A stretch of 64,000 bases of DNA from Leptospiraceae bacterium. GTDB taxonomy: Bacteria > Spirochaetota > Leptospiria > Leptospirales > Leptospiraceae. The notes under the pieces were generated by a model that saw only the letters and a list, made by a program, of their open reading frames with translations, did no database searches and was not told the origin of the DNA. Position numbers and translations under genes: made by a program. The stretch covers positions 1,285,442 to 1,349,441 of the forward strand of contig JACKPC010000001.1 of the NCBI GenBank assembly GCA_024233835.1. The letters are read 5' to 3'. Below, in pieces: positions 49,376-57,785 of the stretch; within the stretch, counting starts at the first letter, position 1, and each line of letters begins with the position of its first letter.

Positions 49376-50173
49376 ATGAGTATTGAGATTGAAAAACGCT
49401 TTGAACACATGCTCGCTTTTTTACCTTCCGTAGCCAGCTTTGTTCTTGAGATACAGTCCAAAGTGGAGTTTAGTATTTCCAAGAAAGGAGATATTGATAT
49501 TGTTACCGAAGCCGATCTCGGAGCTGAAAAAAGGATCATTGAGGAAATTCAAAAATATTTTCCGGAAGATAAAATTTTAGGGGAAGAAACTGGTTTAATA
49601 GGAGGAGAAGGGGGCTACAAGTGGATTATTGATCCGGTAGATGGCACAACTAACTTTGCCCACAGACTTCCCCTTTTTGCCATAGCCTGCGGACTCGAAG
49701 ACACCCGGACAGAAGAAGTAGTTCTGGGAATTGTCCTGACTCCGGCCCTGGGGGATGTATATTATGCAAAAAAAGGTTCGGGTGCTTTTAAAAACGGTAA
49801 ATTGATTACAGTTTCCGGAGAAGAAAAAATGATAAATTCCTTACTTTGCACCGGTTTTCCTTACAATTTAATGCAGGATATTGAAGGACTTGGAAATAAG
49901 TTTAAACATTTTCTTTTAAAATCGAGAGGAGTCAGAAGAACCGGTTCTGCCTGCCTCGACCTCTGCTGGCTTGCTGAAGGCAGGTTTGATGGTTTCTGGG
50001 AACAAAACCTGAAACCCTGGGATACAGCCGCCGCAAGCCTAATTATCAGGGAAGCAGGTGGTAAACTCAGTGATTTTTTTGGAGATAAATTTAACCATTA
50101 TGGAAACACCATTCTTGCCTCTAATGGAAAAATACACGAGGATATGCTAAGCGAGTTAGGAAAACTTCTTTAA
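49376..50173 (+). CDS. suhB: Inositol monophosphatase family (SuhB-like)
   Basis: WIIDPVDGTTNF and WDTAAASLIIREAGG. Confidence 0.85.
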   Translation: MSIEIEKRFEHMLAFLPSVASFVLEIQSKVEFSISKKGDIDIVTEADLGAEKRIIEEIQKYFPEDKILGEETGLIGGEGGYKWIIDPVDGTTNFAHRLPLFAIACGLEDTRTEEVVLGIVLTPALGDVYYAKKGSGAFKNGKLITVSGEEKMINSLLCTGFPYNLMQDIEGLGNKFKHFLLKSRGVRRTGSACLDLCWLAEGRFDGFWEQNLKPWDTAAASLIIREAGGKLSDFFGDKFNHYGNTILASNGKIHEDMLSELGKLL

Positions 50174-50673
50174 TTCTCCCTCTTTTCTGCGGGCAGGAAA
50201 TCTTCGGGTTTTATCTGAAATTCAGCTTCTATGACGACTTTTTTTTCTTCATTTAATATACTGATTTTCCATTTCCCATCCCGCAGGTATTTTTTCTCAA
50301 CAAAATCCCGGTAATTCGTACTCAGATATCGATAATCAAATATTCTTCGAAATAGGGGTTTAAACCGAAATTCATGAATTCTCTCATCTCCCGGCTTCTC
50401 CAGGTTCTCCCATTTAAAGAATACAATCTCAAGTTTATCGGAAGGGTGGATGCGGTGGTAGCGGGCATAAATCCGAATTTGTTTGTAATCATTCGAAACT
50501 TCTGTCCAGGCCTGTAAAATGTCTCCATTAGAAGCAGTAAAACTCTTTTCTCCTAATTGCTTTATCCAGCGCAGGGGAAGTTTCTGCTCGGTTAATTTTC
50601 CTTTTTCAATATGAATTCCCCCTAAAAACAAAGGAAACAGGCAAAAAATCAGGAATTTATTTCTATAATTCAT
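50170..50673 (-). CDS. Hypothetical exported protein
   Basis: Signal-peptide-like N-terminus MNYRNKFLIFCLFPLFLGG. No recognised domain. Confidence 0.35.
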   Translation of the reverse strand: MNYRNKFLIFCLFPLFLGGIHIEKGKLTEQKLPLRWIKQLGEKSFTASNGDILQAWTEVSNDYKQIRIYARYHRIHPSDKLEIVFFKWENLEKPGDERIHEFRFKPLFRRIFDYRYLSTNYRDFVEKKYLRDGKWKISILNEEKKVVIEAEFQIKPEDFLPAEKREN

Positions 50674-50804
50674 ACGACTTACCTCGCAAGCAGTGTAGTC
50701 AAATCATAAGCGAAGCAGCGATGGTTCGCTTACTTACCGGAAAAATAAAGGTTCAAAGTTTTTTTGCTATAAAAAAAACTACTTCTTAAAAAAAACTGAT
50801 AAAT

Positions 50805-51569
50805 ATGGAGCTTTTTTGCAGGGAGATAGGAGATGAAAAGAGTCCCGGGCTGATAGTTCTTCACGGACTATTTGGTTCGTCTCGAAACTGGATTAGTAAT
50901 GCAAAAGCTCTCTCCAATCATTTCCGGGTCTATTCTCCGGATCTTCGGAATCATGGGGAATCTCCACACGATATAAGTCATCGCCTTGAAGATATGGTTT
51001 TGGACCTCAAAGAATTTTTTTCCCAAAAAAAGCTTCTCAGGGCAAGTCTTATAGGTCATTCTATGGGGGGGCTCGTTTCTATCCTTTTTGCCAATCAATT
51101 TCCCACCCTGATCGATAAACTCGTTATAGTAGATATAGCTCCCAAAAGCTATAGTTTGGATTATAGTTCTGAATTTACTGCGCTTTCTATGGACGTGAGT
51201 CAATACCATTCCCGCGAGGCTCTTGATAAAGATATGTCAAAAGTTTTAAGTTCTGAGTTTATTCGGAAATTTTTGCAGATGAATCTCGAAAAAGTAAGCA
51301 GGGGGTATCGGTGGAAAATAAATGTGGATGCTATTCGAAATACTCCGGATCGTTTTATTTTTCCAGAGCTTTCCGAACCCTATTTTTCCGGAAGAAGTCT
51401 GTTTGTATTGGGGGAAAAGAGCTTTTTTGTAGAAGAAAACGATAAACAGAACATTAAAAGATATTTCCCGAATGTGGAAATTCAGACCATACCTGGAGCC
51501 GAGCATTATCTTCATTATAGTCATAGCTCGGAATTTCTGCAAATAGTGGAGGATTTTCTTTTAAAATGA
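50805..51569 (+). CDS. Alpha/beta hydrolase
   Basis: LIVLHGLFGSS and LIGHSMGG (GxSxG). Confidence 0.75.
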   Translation: MELFCREIGDEKSPGLIVLHGLFGSSRNWISNAKALSNHFRVYSPDLRNHGESPHDISHRLEDMVLDLKEFFSQKKLLRASLIGHSMGGLVSILFANQFPTLIDKLVIVDIAPKSYSLDYSSEFTALSMDVSQYHSREALDKDMSKVLSSEFIRKFLQMNLEKVSRGYRWKINVDAIRNTPDRFIFPELSEPYFSGRSLFVLGEKSFFVEENDKQNIKRYFPNVEIQTIPGAEHYLHYSHSSEFLQIVEDFLLK

Positions 51570-52870
51570 AGATCCGTCTTCCAGAAACCTGTCTTGTTTT
51601 TCTCATAGGTGCTTCCGGTTCCGGTAAATCCAGCCTGGCTAAAAAGCTGTTTGATCCCTATGAGATCCTTTCTTCCGATCATTTCCGGGCTGTTATTTCA
51701 AATGATGAGAGCGATCAGGAAGCGAGCACCGATGCTTTTGAAGTTCTTCACAGGTTGGTCGAAATGCGTCTGAAGCGGGGGCTTTTTACGGTGGTTGATG
51801 CCACCAATGTAAAACGGGAAGCCAGAAGACCTTTACTGAAAATAAGTCGTCAGTATCATTTTTTAACGGCTGCGATTATTTTAGATTTCAATGAAGACAA
51901 ATGTATTCAGCGAAACCAGGAAAGAACTTATAGAATTGTTGACTCTGAAGTTATACGCAAGCAAATTGATGATCTGCAATTTTCTCTCAGAGTTCTAAAA
52001 AAAGAAGGTTTTTCGTTTATCTATCGATTTACTTCTCCTGAAGAACTCTCCGAATTGAGCCTCGAAAAGTTTTCCTTGAAAAATAATCGCCGAAAAGAGA
52101 AAGGCCCCTTTGACATTATAGGAGATATACACGGTTGCTTCGATGAATTATATGAACTTTTACACAGGCTGGGTTATCAGATACGATTGAATATTCATGG
52201 TAACGAAGAAAGTTTTTCTATACGCCATAGCGAAAATCGAATTCCCGTTTTTTTAGGAGATCTGGTAAATAAAGGACCGAAAAACATTCGGGTTCTACGC
52301 TTTGTAATGGATCTGGTAAATGAAAATATGGCTTACTGTGTTCTGGGAAATCATGAGAAGAAGCTTCTTTATTATCTGCGCGGGAAAGATAGCCGATTGC
52401 GGGGTGGCTTACAGGATACAATAGAACAACTTTCAGGCTATAGTGCAGAGTTTCGAAATTCGGTGGTTGAGTTTATTCGCCGTCTGAGTGATCACTATGT
52501 ATTTGACCATGGAAATTTGGTGGTAGCCCACGCGGGCTTGCGAGAAGAAATGCAGGGAAGAACTTCTATGGGTGTACGAAACTTTTGTATGTACGGAGAA
52601 AATTCGGATGATGTGGATGAATACGGAATGCCCGTTCGATACTCCTGGGTTCAAAACTACCGGGGAAAAGCGAGGGTAGTGTTTGGACATACACCTATTC
52701 TCGAACCTGAATGGTATAACAGAACCATAGATATAGATACCGGTTGTGTTTACGGTGGAAGACTTACGGCCCTACGTTATCCGGAATTAGAAATGGTATC
52801 GGTACAGGCGAGAAAAATCTACTATCAGAGTAGAAGTCCTCTACCACAGCACCTGTCATTACAGAGTTAA
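51566..52870 (+). CDS. Polynucleotide kinase-phosphatase-like fusion: an N-terminal P-loop kinase (AAA_33/PNK-like) plus a C-terminal calcineurin-like metallophosphoesterase (PrpE/lambda-phosphatase type)
   Basis: Walker A GASGSGKSS, then FTVVDATN. The phosphoesterase has GDIHGC, GDLVNKGP, GNHE and GHT. It overlaps the upstream hydrolase gene by 4 nt. Confidence 0.6.
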   Translation: MKIRLPETCLVFLIGASGSGKSSLAKKLFDPYEILSSDHFRAVISNDESDQEASTDAFEVLHRLVEMRLKRGLFTVVDATNVKREARRPLLKISRQYHFLTAAIILDFNEDKCIQRNQERTYRIVDSEVIRKQIDDLQFSLRVLKKEGFSFIYRFTSPEELSELSLEKFSLKNNRRKEKGPFDIIGDIHGCFDELYELLHRLGYQIRLNIHGNEESFSIRHSENRIPVFLGDLVNKGPKNIRVLRFVMDLVNENMAYCVLGNHEKKLLYYLRGKDSRLRGGLQDTIEQLSGYSAEFRNSVVEFIRRLSDHYVFDHGNLVVAHAGLREEMQGRTSMGVRNFCMYGENSDDVDEYGMPVRYSWVQNYRGKARVVFGHTPILEPEWYNRTIDIDTGCVYGGRLTALRYPELEMVSVQARKIYYQSRSPLPQHLSLQS

Positions 52871-52896
52871 AATTCAAAAATATTTTTTAATCGCAG

Positions 52897-52921
52897 GCGA
52901 GTCGTTATGGGCTCGACTGGC
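52897..52921. terminator. Possible hairpin in the gap between the convergent pnkp-like and hisE genes
   Basis: GCGAGTCG-ttatgggct-CGACTgGC, an imperfect stem with 7 of 8 pairs. Confidence 0.3.
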
Positions 52922-52936
52922 GACCGTAAAGAAAAT

Positions 52937-53218
52937 TTATTTCGAATGTCTTTTCTTGAGTTCGTTTATGATTTCCTGAAAGGGAAGTTCTTTTTCTACC
53001 ATTAAAACCTGCATATGAAACAGCAGATCTGCCAGTTCATGTGTAAGCTCTTTTCTGTCCGTATTTTTAGCGGCAATAATTACTTCTCCCGCTTCTTCTC
53101 CAATTTTCTTTAAAATTCTATCAACCCCTGCCTTAAAAAGCCCTGAGGTATAAGAATTTTCCGGTAACTCTTCTTTCCTTTTCTGTAGAAGTGCTTCTAA
53201 TTCTGATAAAAAATCCAT
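52937..53218 (-). CDS. hisE: Phosphoribosyl-ATP pyrophosphohydrolase (MazG-like HisE)
   Basis: LEELxxxxxxRK...EEAGEVIIA...[13 protein letters not shown]. Confidence 0.8.
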   Translation of the reverse strand: MDFLSELEALLQKRKEELPENSYTSGLFKAGVDRILKKIGEEAGEVIIAAKNTDRKELTHELADLLFHMQVLMVEKELPFQEIINELKKRHSK

Positions 53219-53308
53219 GATTGCTCCCGATGATGAAAAATAAAAATTTACGATAAACCCCTGCGAGAAAGACTCTAATAAAGAAACTGCACGAAATGGT
53301 TTAATACT

Positions 53309-54130
53309 ATGAAAAAAATATTTTATCTACTGACAATCTTTTTGTTTCCTTCTTTTCTCTTTGCTGAAATCCCCTGGAAAACTTCTATTCTCGAAGCTTT
53401 GAAGGAAGCCAGAGAAAAAAATCAACCTATTATATTGGATTTATACACAGACTGGTGTGGATACTGCAAAGTTTTGGAAAAAAAAATTTTCCCTCAGGAA
53501 CCTGTGCAAAAAGCACTAAAAGAATATATTCCCGTTCGTTTGAATGCTGAAAAATTTCCCAACCTGGTTAGCCATTATGGGGTGAAAGGTTATCCGACTG
53601 TTTTACTCTTAGATAAAAGTGGAAATCTTATCGGCAGGATTACAGGTCTTCCGTCTGAGGATATGCTGGTTAAAAAGATGAAAGAAGCTTATGAATACAG
53701 GGACACGGAAAAGGTTCTTTTAGGGCGTTTAAAGGACAAGCCGGATGATACGGTAAATAACTTCAATCTGGGTGTATATTATTATCGTTCTGGCGAAAAG
53801 GAAAAAGCAAAGAAGTATTTCTATAATTCCTATGGCTCTAAAGACAGCAGCCAATATCCGGAACAAAAACACGATTCTTTGTATAACATGGGTATTATTG
53901 ATATTGAAAGCGGCAACTATTCAGAGGCAGTAAAAACCTGGACTTATTACATGGAACAGTATCCGAAACGGGATCATACAGCCAGCCTGTACTACAGGGG
54001 AAAGGCATACAATAAATTAGGAAAATATAAAGAAGCTAAAGCCGATTTTCATTCAGCAAATACTTTAACCGGTAATGAGGAAGATAAAGAAAAAATTGAC
54101 GAAGCATTAAATGGTTTACCGGTACATTAA
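53309..54130 (+). CDS. Exported thioredoxin-fold protein (CGYC active site) with C-terminal TPR repeats
   Basis: Signal peptide. [17 protein letters not shown]. Confidence 0.65.
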   Translation: MKKIFYLLTIFLFPSFLFAEIPWKTSILEALKEAREKNQPIILDLYTDWCGYCKVLEKKIFPQEPVQKALKEYIPVRLNAEKFPNLVSHYGVKGYPTVLLLDKSGNLIGRITGLPSEDMLVKKMKEAYEYRDTEKVLLGRLKDKPDDTVNNFNLGVYYYRSGEKEKAKKYFYNSYGSKDSSQYPEQKHDSLYNMGIIDIESGNYSEAVKTWTYYMEQYPKRDHTASLYYRGKAYNKLGKYKEAKADFHSANTLTGNEEDKEKIDEALNGLPVH

Positions 54131-54879
54131 TGAAAAAGTTCATATACAAGGTAATTCTCATATTATCTTTAATTAGTTTTTTCCAATGTTGCAGGAGTCT
54201 GTTTTACAGAAGTATGAAAGTCGAAACCTTTGTTGAAAACAAGTTTGAAAAAAAGCCTCTGTCTTATATTCTCTATCTACCCGATACCTATGAAACATCC
54301 AAGAAAAAATGGCCTCTATTGCTTTTTTTACACGGAGCCGGTGAAAGAGGTGCCGATTTAGAACTTCTAAAGAAACATGGCCCTCCAAAGATGATTCGGG
54401 AAGAAAACTTCCATGAGCCCTTTATTATTTTGGCCCCTCAGTGTCCCAAGGGTTCCTGGTGGCCGGATAGAATAGACGAACTCAAAGAACTAATAGATGA
54501 GATACAACAAACGTATCGAATAAATCCCCGCAGGATCTATTTGAGTGGCATGAGTATGGGAGGATACGGCACCTGGGCTATGGCAAAAAAATATCCCGAT
54601 AGTTTTGCTGCCTTCAACCCCATTTGCGGTGGTGGAGAAACAGAGAATCTTTGTGTTTTGAAAGATAAGCCTATCTGGGTGTTTCACGGGGCTAAAGATA
54701 CAGTAGTACCTCTCCAAAAATCGGAAGAGATGGTGAAGGCTCTAAAAGATTGCGGAAAAGAGGATACTATATTTACCATTTATCCGGAAGCAAAACACAA
54801 TTCCTGGGAAGAAACCTATGAGAATCCGGAGCTGTATCGCTGGTTACTGAAATATAAGCTTCCAAAAACTGAGAAGTAA
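54130..54879 (+). CDS. Phospholipase/carboxylesterase-family alpha/beta hydrolase
   Basis: LLFLHGAGERG, LSGMSMGGYG, VFHGAKDTVVP. Confidence 0.7.
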   Translation: MKKFIYKVILILSLISFFQCCRSLFYRSMKVETFVENKFEKKPLSYILYLPDTYETSKKKWPLLLFLHGAGERGADLELLKKHGPPKMIREENFHEPFIILAPQCPKGSWWPDRIDELKELIDEIQQTYRINPRRIYLSGMSMGGYGTWAMAKKYPDSFAAFNPICGGGETENLCVLKDKPIWVFHGAKDTVVPLQKSEEMVKALKDCGKEDTIFTIYPEAKHNSWEETYENPELYRWLLKYKLPKTEK

Positions 54880-54896
54880 TAGAGACGTTTTTCACT

Positions 54897-55634
54897 TTAT
54901 CCTTTTTTAGAAATATCTAAAAAAGGATAGGGTTGTATTAGCTGTTCTACGAGAACATGATTAGGATGCCGAAAAACTTCCTCAATCGTATCATCCTGCA
55001 AAATTCTTCCTTCTGAATAAATTATTACTCTGTCTGCAATTCTACGAGCTTCCAGAATGTCATGGGTAATCAGGACGATAGGAATATTATAATTATCCCG
55101 AATATCTCTCAATAAATTTTGCATTTCTATTCGTATGGGAGTATCTAAAGATGAGAAAGGTTCATCGAGTAGGAGAAGCTCCGGTTTTCGAACAAGGGAA
55201 CGTGCGAGAGCTACCCTTTGTTTTTGCCCTCCGGATATTTCCTGTGAAGAACGATGCAGTAGCGATTTGAGCTGCATTTGTTCAGCAATTTCCATCACTC
55301 TTTCTTTTTTTTCTTTCTTGGGTAAGTCTTTTAGCCCATAACAAATATTTTCTTCGACTGTCATATGAGGGAAAAGAGAATTTGTCTGGAATACATAGCC
55401 GAAAGGTCTTTTTTGCGGAGGAATATCTATTTTTAGATCCGAGTCGTAATAAACTTTATCTCCATATATAATCTGTCCGGTATCGGGCTTTGAAAAGCCG
55501 CTGATATGGTTAAGAGTCATGCTTTTTCCGGCTCCCGAAGAACCAAATAATACGCTTATCTCATTATAGGCATCCCAGCTTACATCGAGGGTAAAGGAAG
55601 GAAATTTTTTTTGAACCTTTACGGATAGCTTCAT
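54897..55634 (-). CDS. modC: Molybdate (or tungstate) ABC transporter ATP-binding protein. It is a short form without a C-terminal TOBE domain.
   Basis: GSSGAGKSM, LSGGQKQRVALAR, LLLDEP. It lies last in the modA-modB-modC order. Confidence 0.7.
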   Translation of the reverse strand: MKLSVKVQKKFPSFTLDVSWDAYNEISVLFGSSGAGKSMTLNHISGFSKPDTGQIIYGDKVYYDSDLKIDIPPQKRPFGYVFQTNSLFPHMTVEENICYGLKDLPKKEKKERVMEIAEQMQLKSLLHRSSQEISGGQKQRVALARSLVRKPELLLLDEPFSSLDTPIRIEMQNLLRDIRDNYNIPIVLITHDILEARRIADRVIIYSEGRILQDDTIEEVFRHPNHVLVEQLIQPYPFLDISKKG

Positions 55635-55635
55635 C

Positions 55636-56310
55636 TTATATTACCTTTTTTGTGAGTCGATTGGCAAGATAAAGAAAGCTTCCCGATATGAGGGTAAAGA
55701 AGATTACTAATATATTAGCCTCCCTATAATCTCCGCTGCTATTATATGTATAAATAGCCAGGGGCATGGTGTTGGTTTTTCCCGGTATATTTCCGGCTAT
55801 CATTAATGTTGCACCAAATTCTCCCATTGATCGTGCAAAGGATAGAATTGCACCTGCTATAATCCCTTTTTTAGATAAAGGTAATATAATTTTAATAGCT
55901 GTATCAAACTCCGATCTACCAAGGGAGTAAGACACATTAATCAAGTGACTGTCTACCGATTCGATAGCAGCTCTGCTTGTTTTAATCATTAAGGGAATAG
56001 AAACAACAAAAGAGGCAAGTACGGCTCCCTGCCAGGAAAACATAAAACTAAACCCACTGATAGCATATAAACTTTTTCCTATGTATCCATTTCGACCAAA
56101 AAGTAAAATTAAATAGTAACCGGTTACGGTAGGAGGAAAAACCAGGGGAAGAGTAAAAAGTATATCCAGAAATTCTTTACCAAAAAAAGATTTTCTGGCC
56201 AGAATATAGGCTATGATAATTCCCACGATCAGCACGAATAGAGTAGAGAAAAAGGAAACTTTTAAAGAGAGTTTTAAGGAAAATAGAGTCGACTCATCAA
56301 ATAAAAACAT
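55636..56310 (-). CDS. modB: Molybdate ABC transporter permease
   Basis: ModB-like N-terminus and the EAA loop region ESVDSHLINVSYSLG. Confidence 0.8.
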   Translation of the reverse strand: MFLFDESTLFSLKLSLKVSFFSTLFVLIVGIIIAYILARKSFFGKEFLDILFTLPLVFPPTVTGYYLILLFGRNGYIGKSLYAISGFSFMFSWQGAVLASFVVSIPLMIKTSRAAIESVDSHLINVSYSLGRSEFDTAIKIILPLSKKGIIAGAILSFARSMGEFGATLMIAGNIPGKTNTMPLAIYTYNSSGDYREANILVIFFTLISGSFLYLANRLTKKVI

Positions 56311-56311
56311 A

Positions 56312-57061
56312 CTATTTTATCCTGAAGCCATACTTCTTAAATATGGTTTTTCCTTCCTCGGAATCGAGAAATTTTATAAACTGTTCTGCTTTTATAATTT
56401 TTGCAGAATCTTTTATAATGGCAATCGGGTAAGTAATGGGTTTATGTAAACGTGAAGGAATCTTATATGCCAAATTTGCTTTATTCTCGGATTTGTAGAG
56501 GTCCGAATAGTATACAAAGCCGGTATCTACTTCTTTTGTTAAAACGTAATTGAATGCCTGTCTAACATTTTCTGCATAAATTAAATCAGATTTTATTTTT
56601 GCATACAGATTTAAAGACTGCAAGGTTTCTACTGCATACTTTCCGGCAGGAACTGTATCCGGGTTTCCTATAACTATTTTTAATTGTGGGTATTGTAAAA
56701 TATCTTCTAATTTAGATATTTTAAAACTACTCCCTTTGTGAGTAACGAGAACTAAATCATTCTCAAGTAATATTTTTCGAGTACCGGTAAGAATGTGACC
56801 TTCATTCTGAAGAATATCCATAAATTTCTCAGAGGCTGAGATATAAATATCCACAGGTGCTCCGGCAGAGATCTGTTTTTGAAGGGTTCCTGATGCACCA
56901 AAATTAAAATAGAGTTTTTGGGGATACTTTTTTTGATAAAGAATTGTAATTTCTTTTAAGGAGTCTTTTAAACTAATGGCAGCCGAGACAGTTAAAGAGT
57001 CTTCTTTTTTTATATTACAACTAATAAAAAAAAATAAAAAAGATAGGATTATTCGCTTCAT
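56312..57061 (-). CDS. modA: Molybdate ABC transporter periplasmic binding protein
   Basis: SAAISLKDSLKEI...FNFGASGTLQKQISAGAPVDIYISAS. Confidence 0.8.
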   Translation of the reverse strand: MKRIILSFLFFFISCNIKKEDSLTVSAAISLKDSLKEITILYQKKYPQKLYFNFGASGTLQKQISAGAPVDIYISASEKFMDILQNEGHILTGTRKILLENDLVLVTHKGSSFKISKLEDILQYPQLKIVIGNPDTVPAGKYAVETLQSLNLYAKIKSDLIYAENVRQAFNYVLTKEVDTGFVYYSDLYKSENKANLAYKIPSRLHKPITYPIAIIKDSAKIIKAEQFIKFLDSEEGKTIFKKYGFRIK

Positions 57062-57092
57062 TACATTTTACTTAATCAGGGATAAAGGAAGT

Positions 57093-57785
57093 TTATCCTC
57101 TATTTCCAAATACTGCCGAGCCTACCCGAATCAGACTGGAACCTTCTTCTATGGCCAGTTCCAGATCGGAAGACATTCCCATAGAAAGAATATCCATAGA
57201 TACACCTTCTATACCTTCTTTTATAATTTGTTTTTGTAAGTTTTTTATAATTTGAAAACTTTTCCGAATGAGAGTTTCTTCTTCCGTATTGGCTCCAATA
57301 GTCATGAGTCCTTTTATCCTGAGACAGGAGAGTTTAGAAACAGAGCGAAGTAGTTCGATAGCTTTTTCCGGCTCCATACCGAATTTACTTTCTTCGTATG
57401 AAGAGTTAACCTGAATCAAAACATTTATAGAACGTCCTTCTTTTTGCAGGTGATTCTCCAATTTTTCGGCTATGCTTAACCTATCTATAGACTGAATCGT
57501 ATGTGCGTATTTTAGAATATCTTTCACTTTGTTGGATTGCAAGTGGCCGATGAAATGCCTTTCAAATGGAAAGTGCTCGATAGCTTCTAACTTTTCTACT
57601 GCTTCCTGGACTCTATTTTCTCCGATTAAGTTTTCACCACATTCGCCTGCTATCAAGATTCTTTCTGCCGGGACGGTTTTAGTTGCGAGGAGTAGTTTGA
57701 CTTCTTCTTTTTTTCTTCCCGCTTTTCTACAAGCTTTTTCTATACGAGCATGGATAGTGGTTAAATTAGATTTAATGTCTTGCAT
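57093..57785 (-). CDS. yggS: YggS-family PLP-binding homeostasis protein
   Basis: LLLATKTVP (PLP-Lys), HFIGHLQSNK, GMSSDLELAIEEGS...VGSAVFG. Confidence 0.85.
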   Translation of the reverse strand: MQDIKSNLTTIHARIEKACRKAGRKKEEVKLLLATKTVPAERILIAGECGENLIGENRVQEAVEKLEAIEHFPFERHFIGHLQSNKVKDILKYAHTIQSIDRLSIAEKLENHLQKEGRSINVLIQVNSSYEESKFGMEPEKAIELLRSVSKLSCLRIKGLMTIGANTEEETLIRKSFQIIKNLQKQIIKEGIEGVSMDILSMGMSSDLELAIEEGSSLIRVGSAVFGNRG

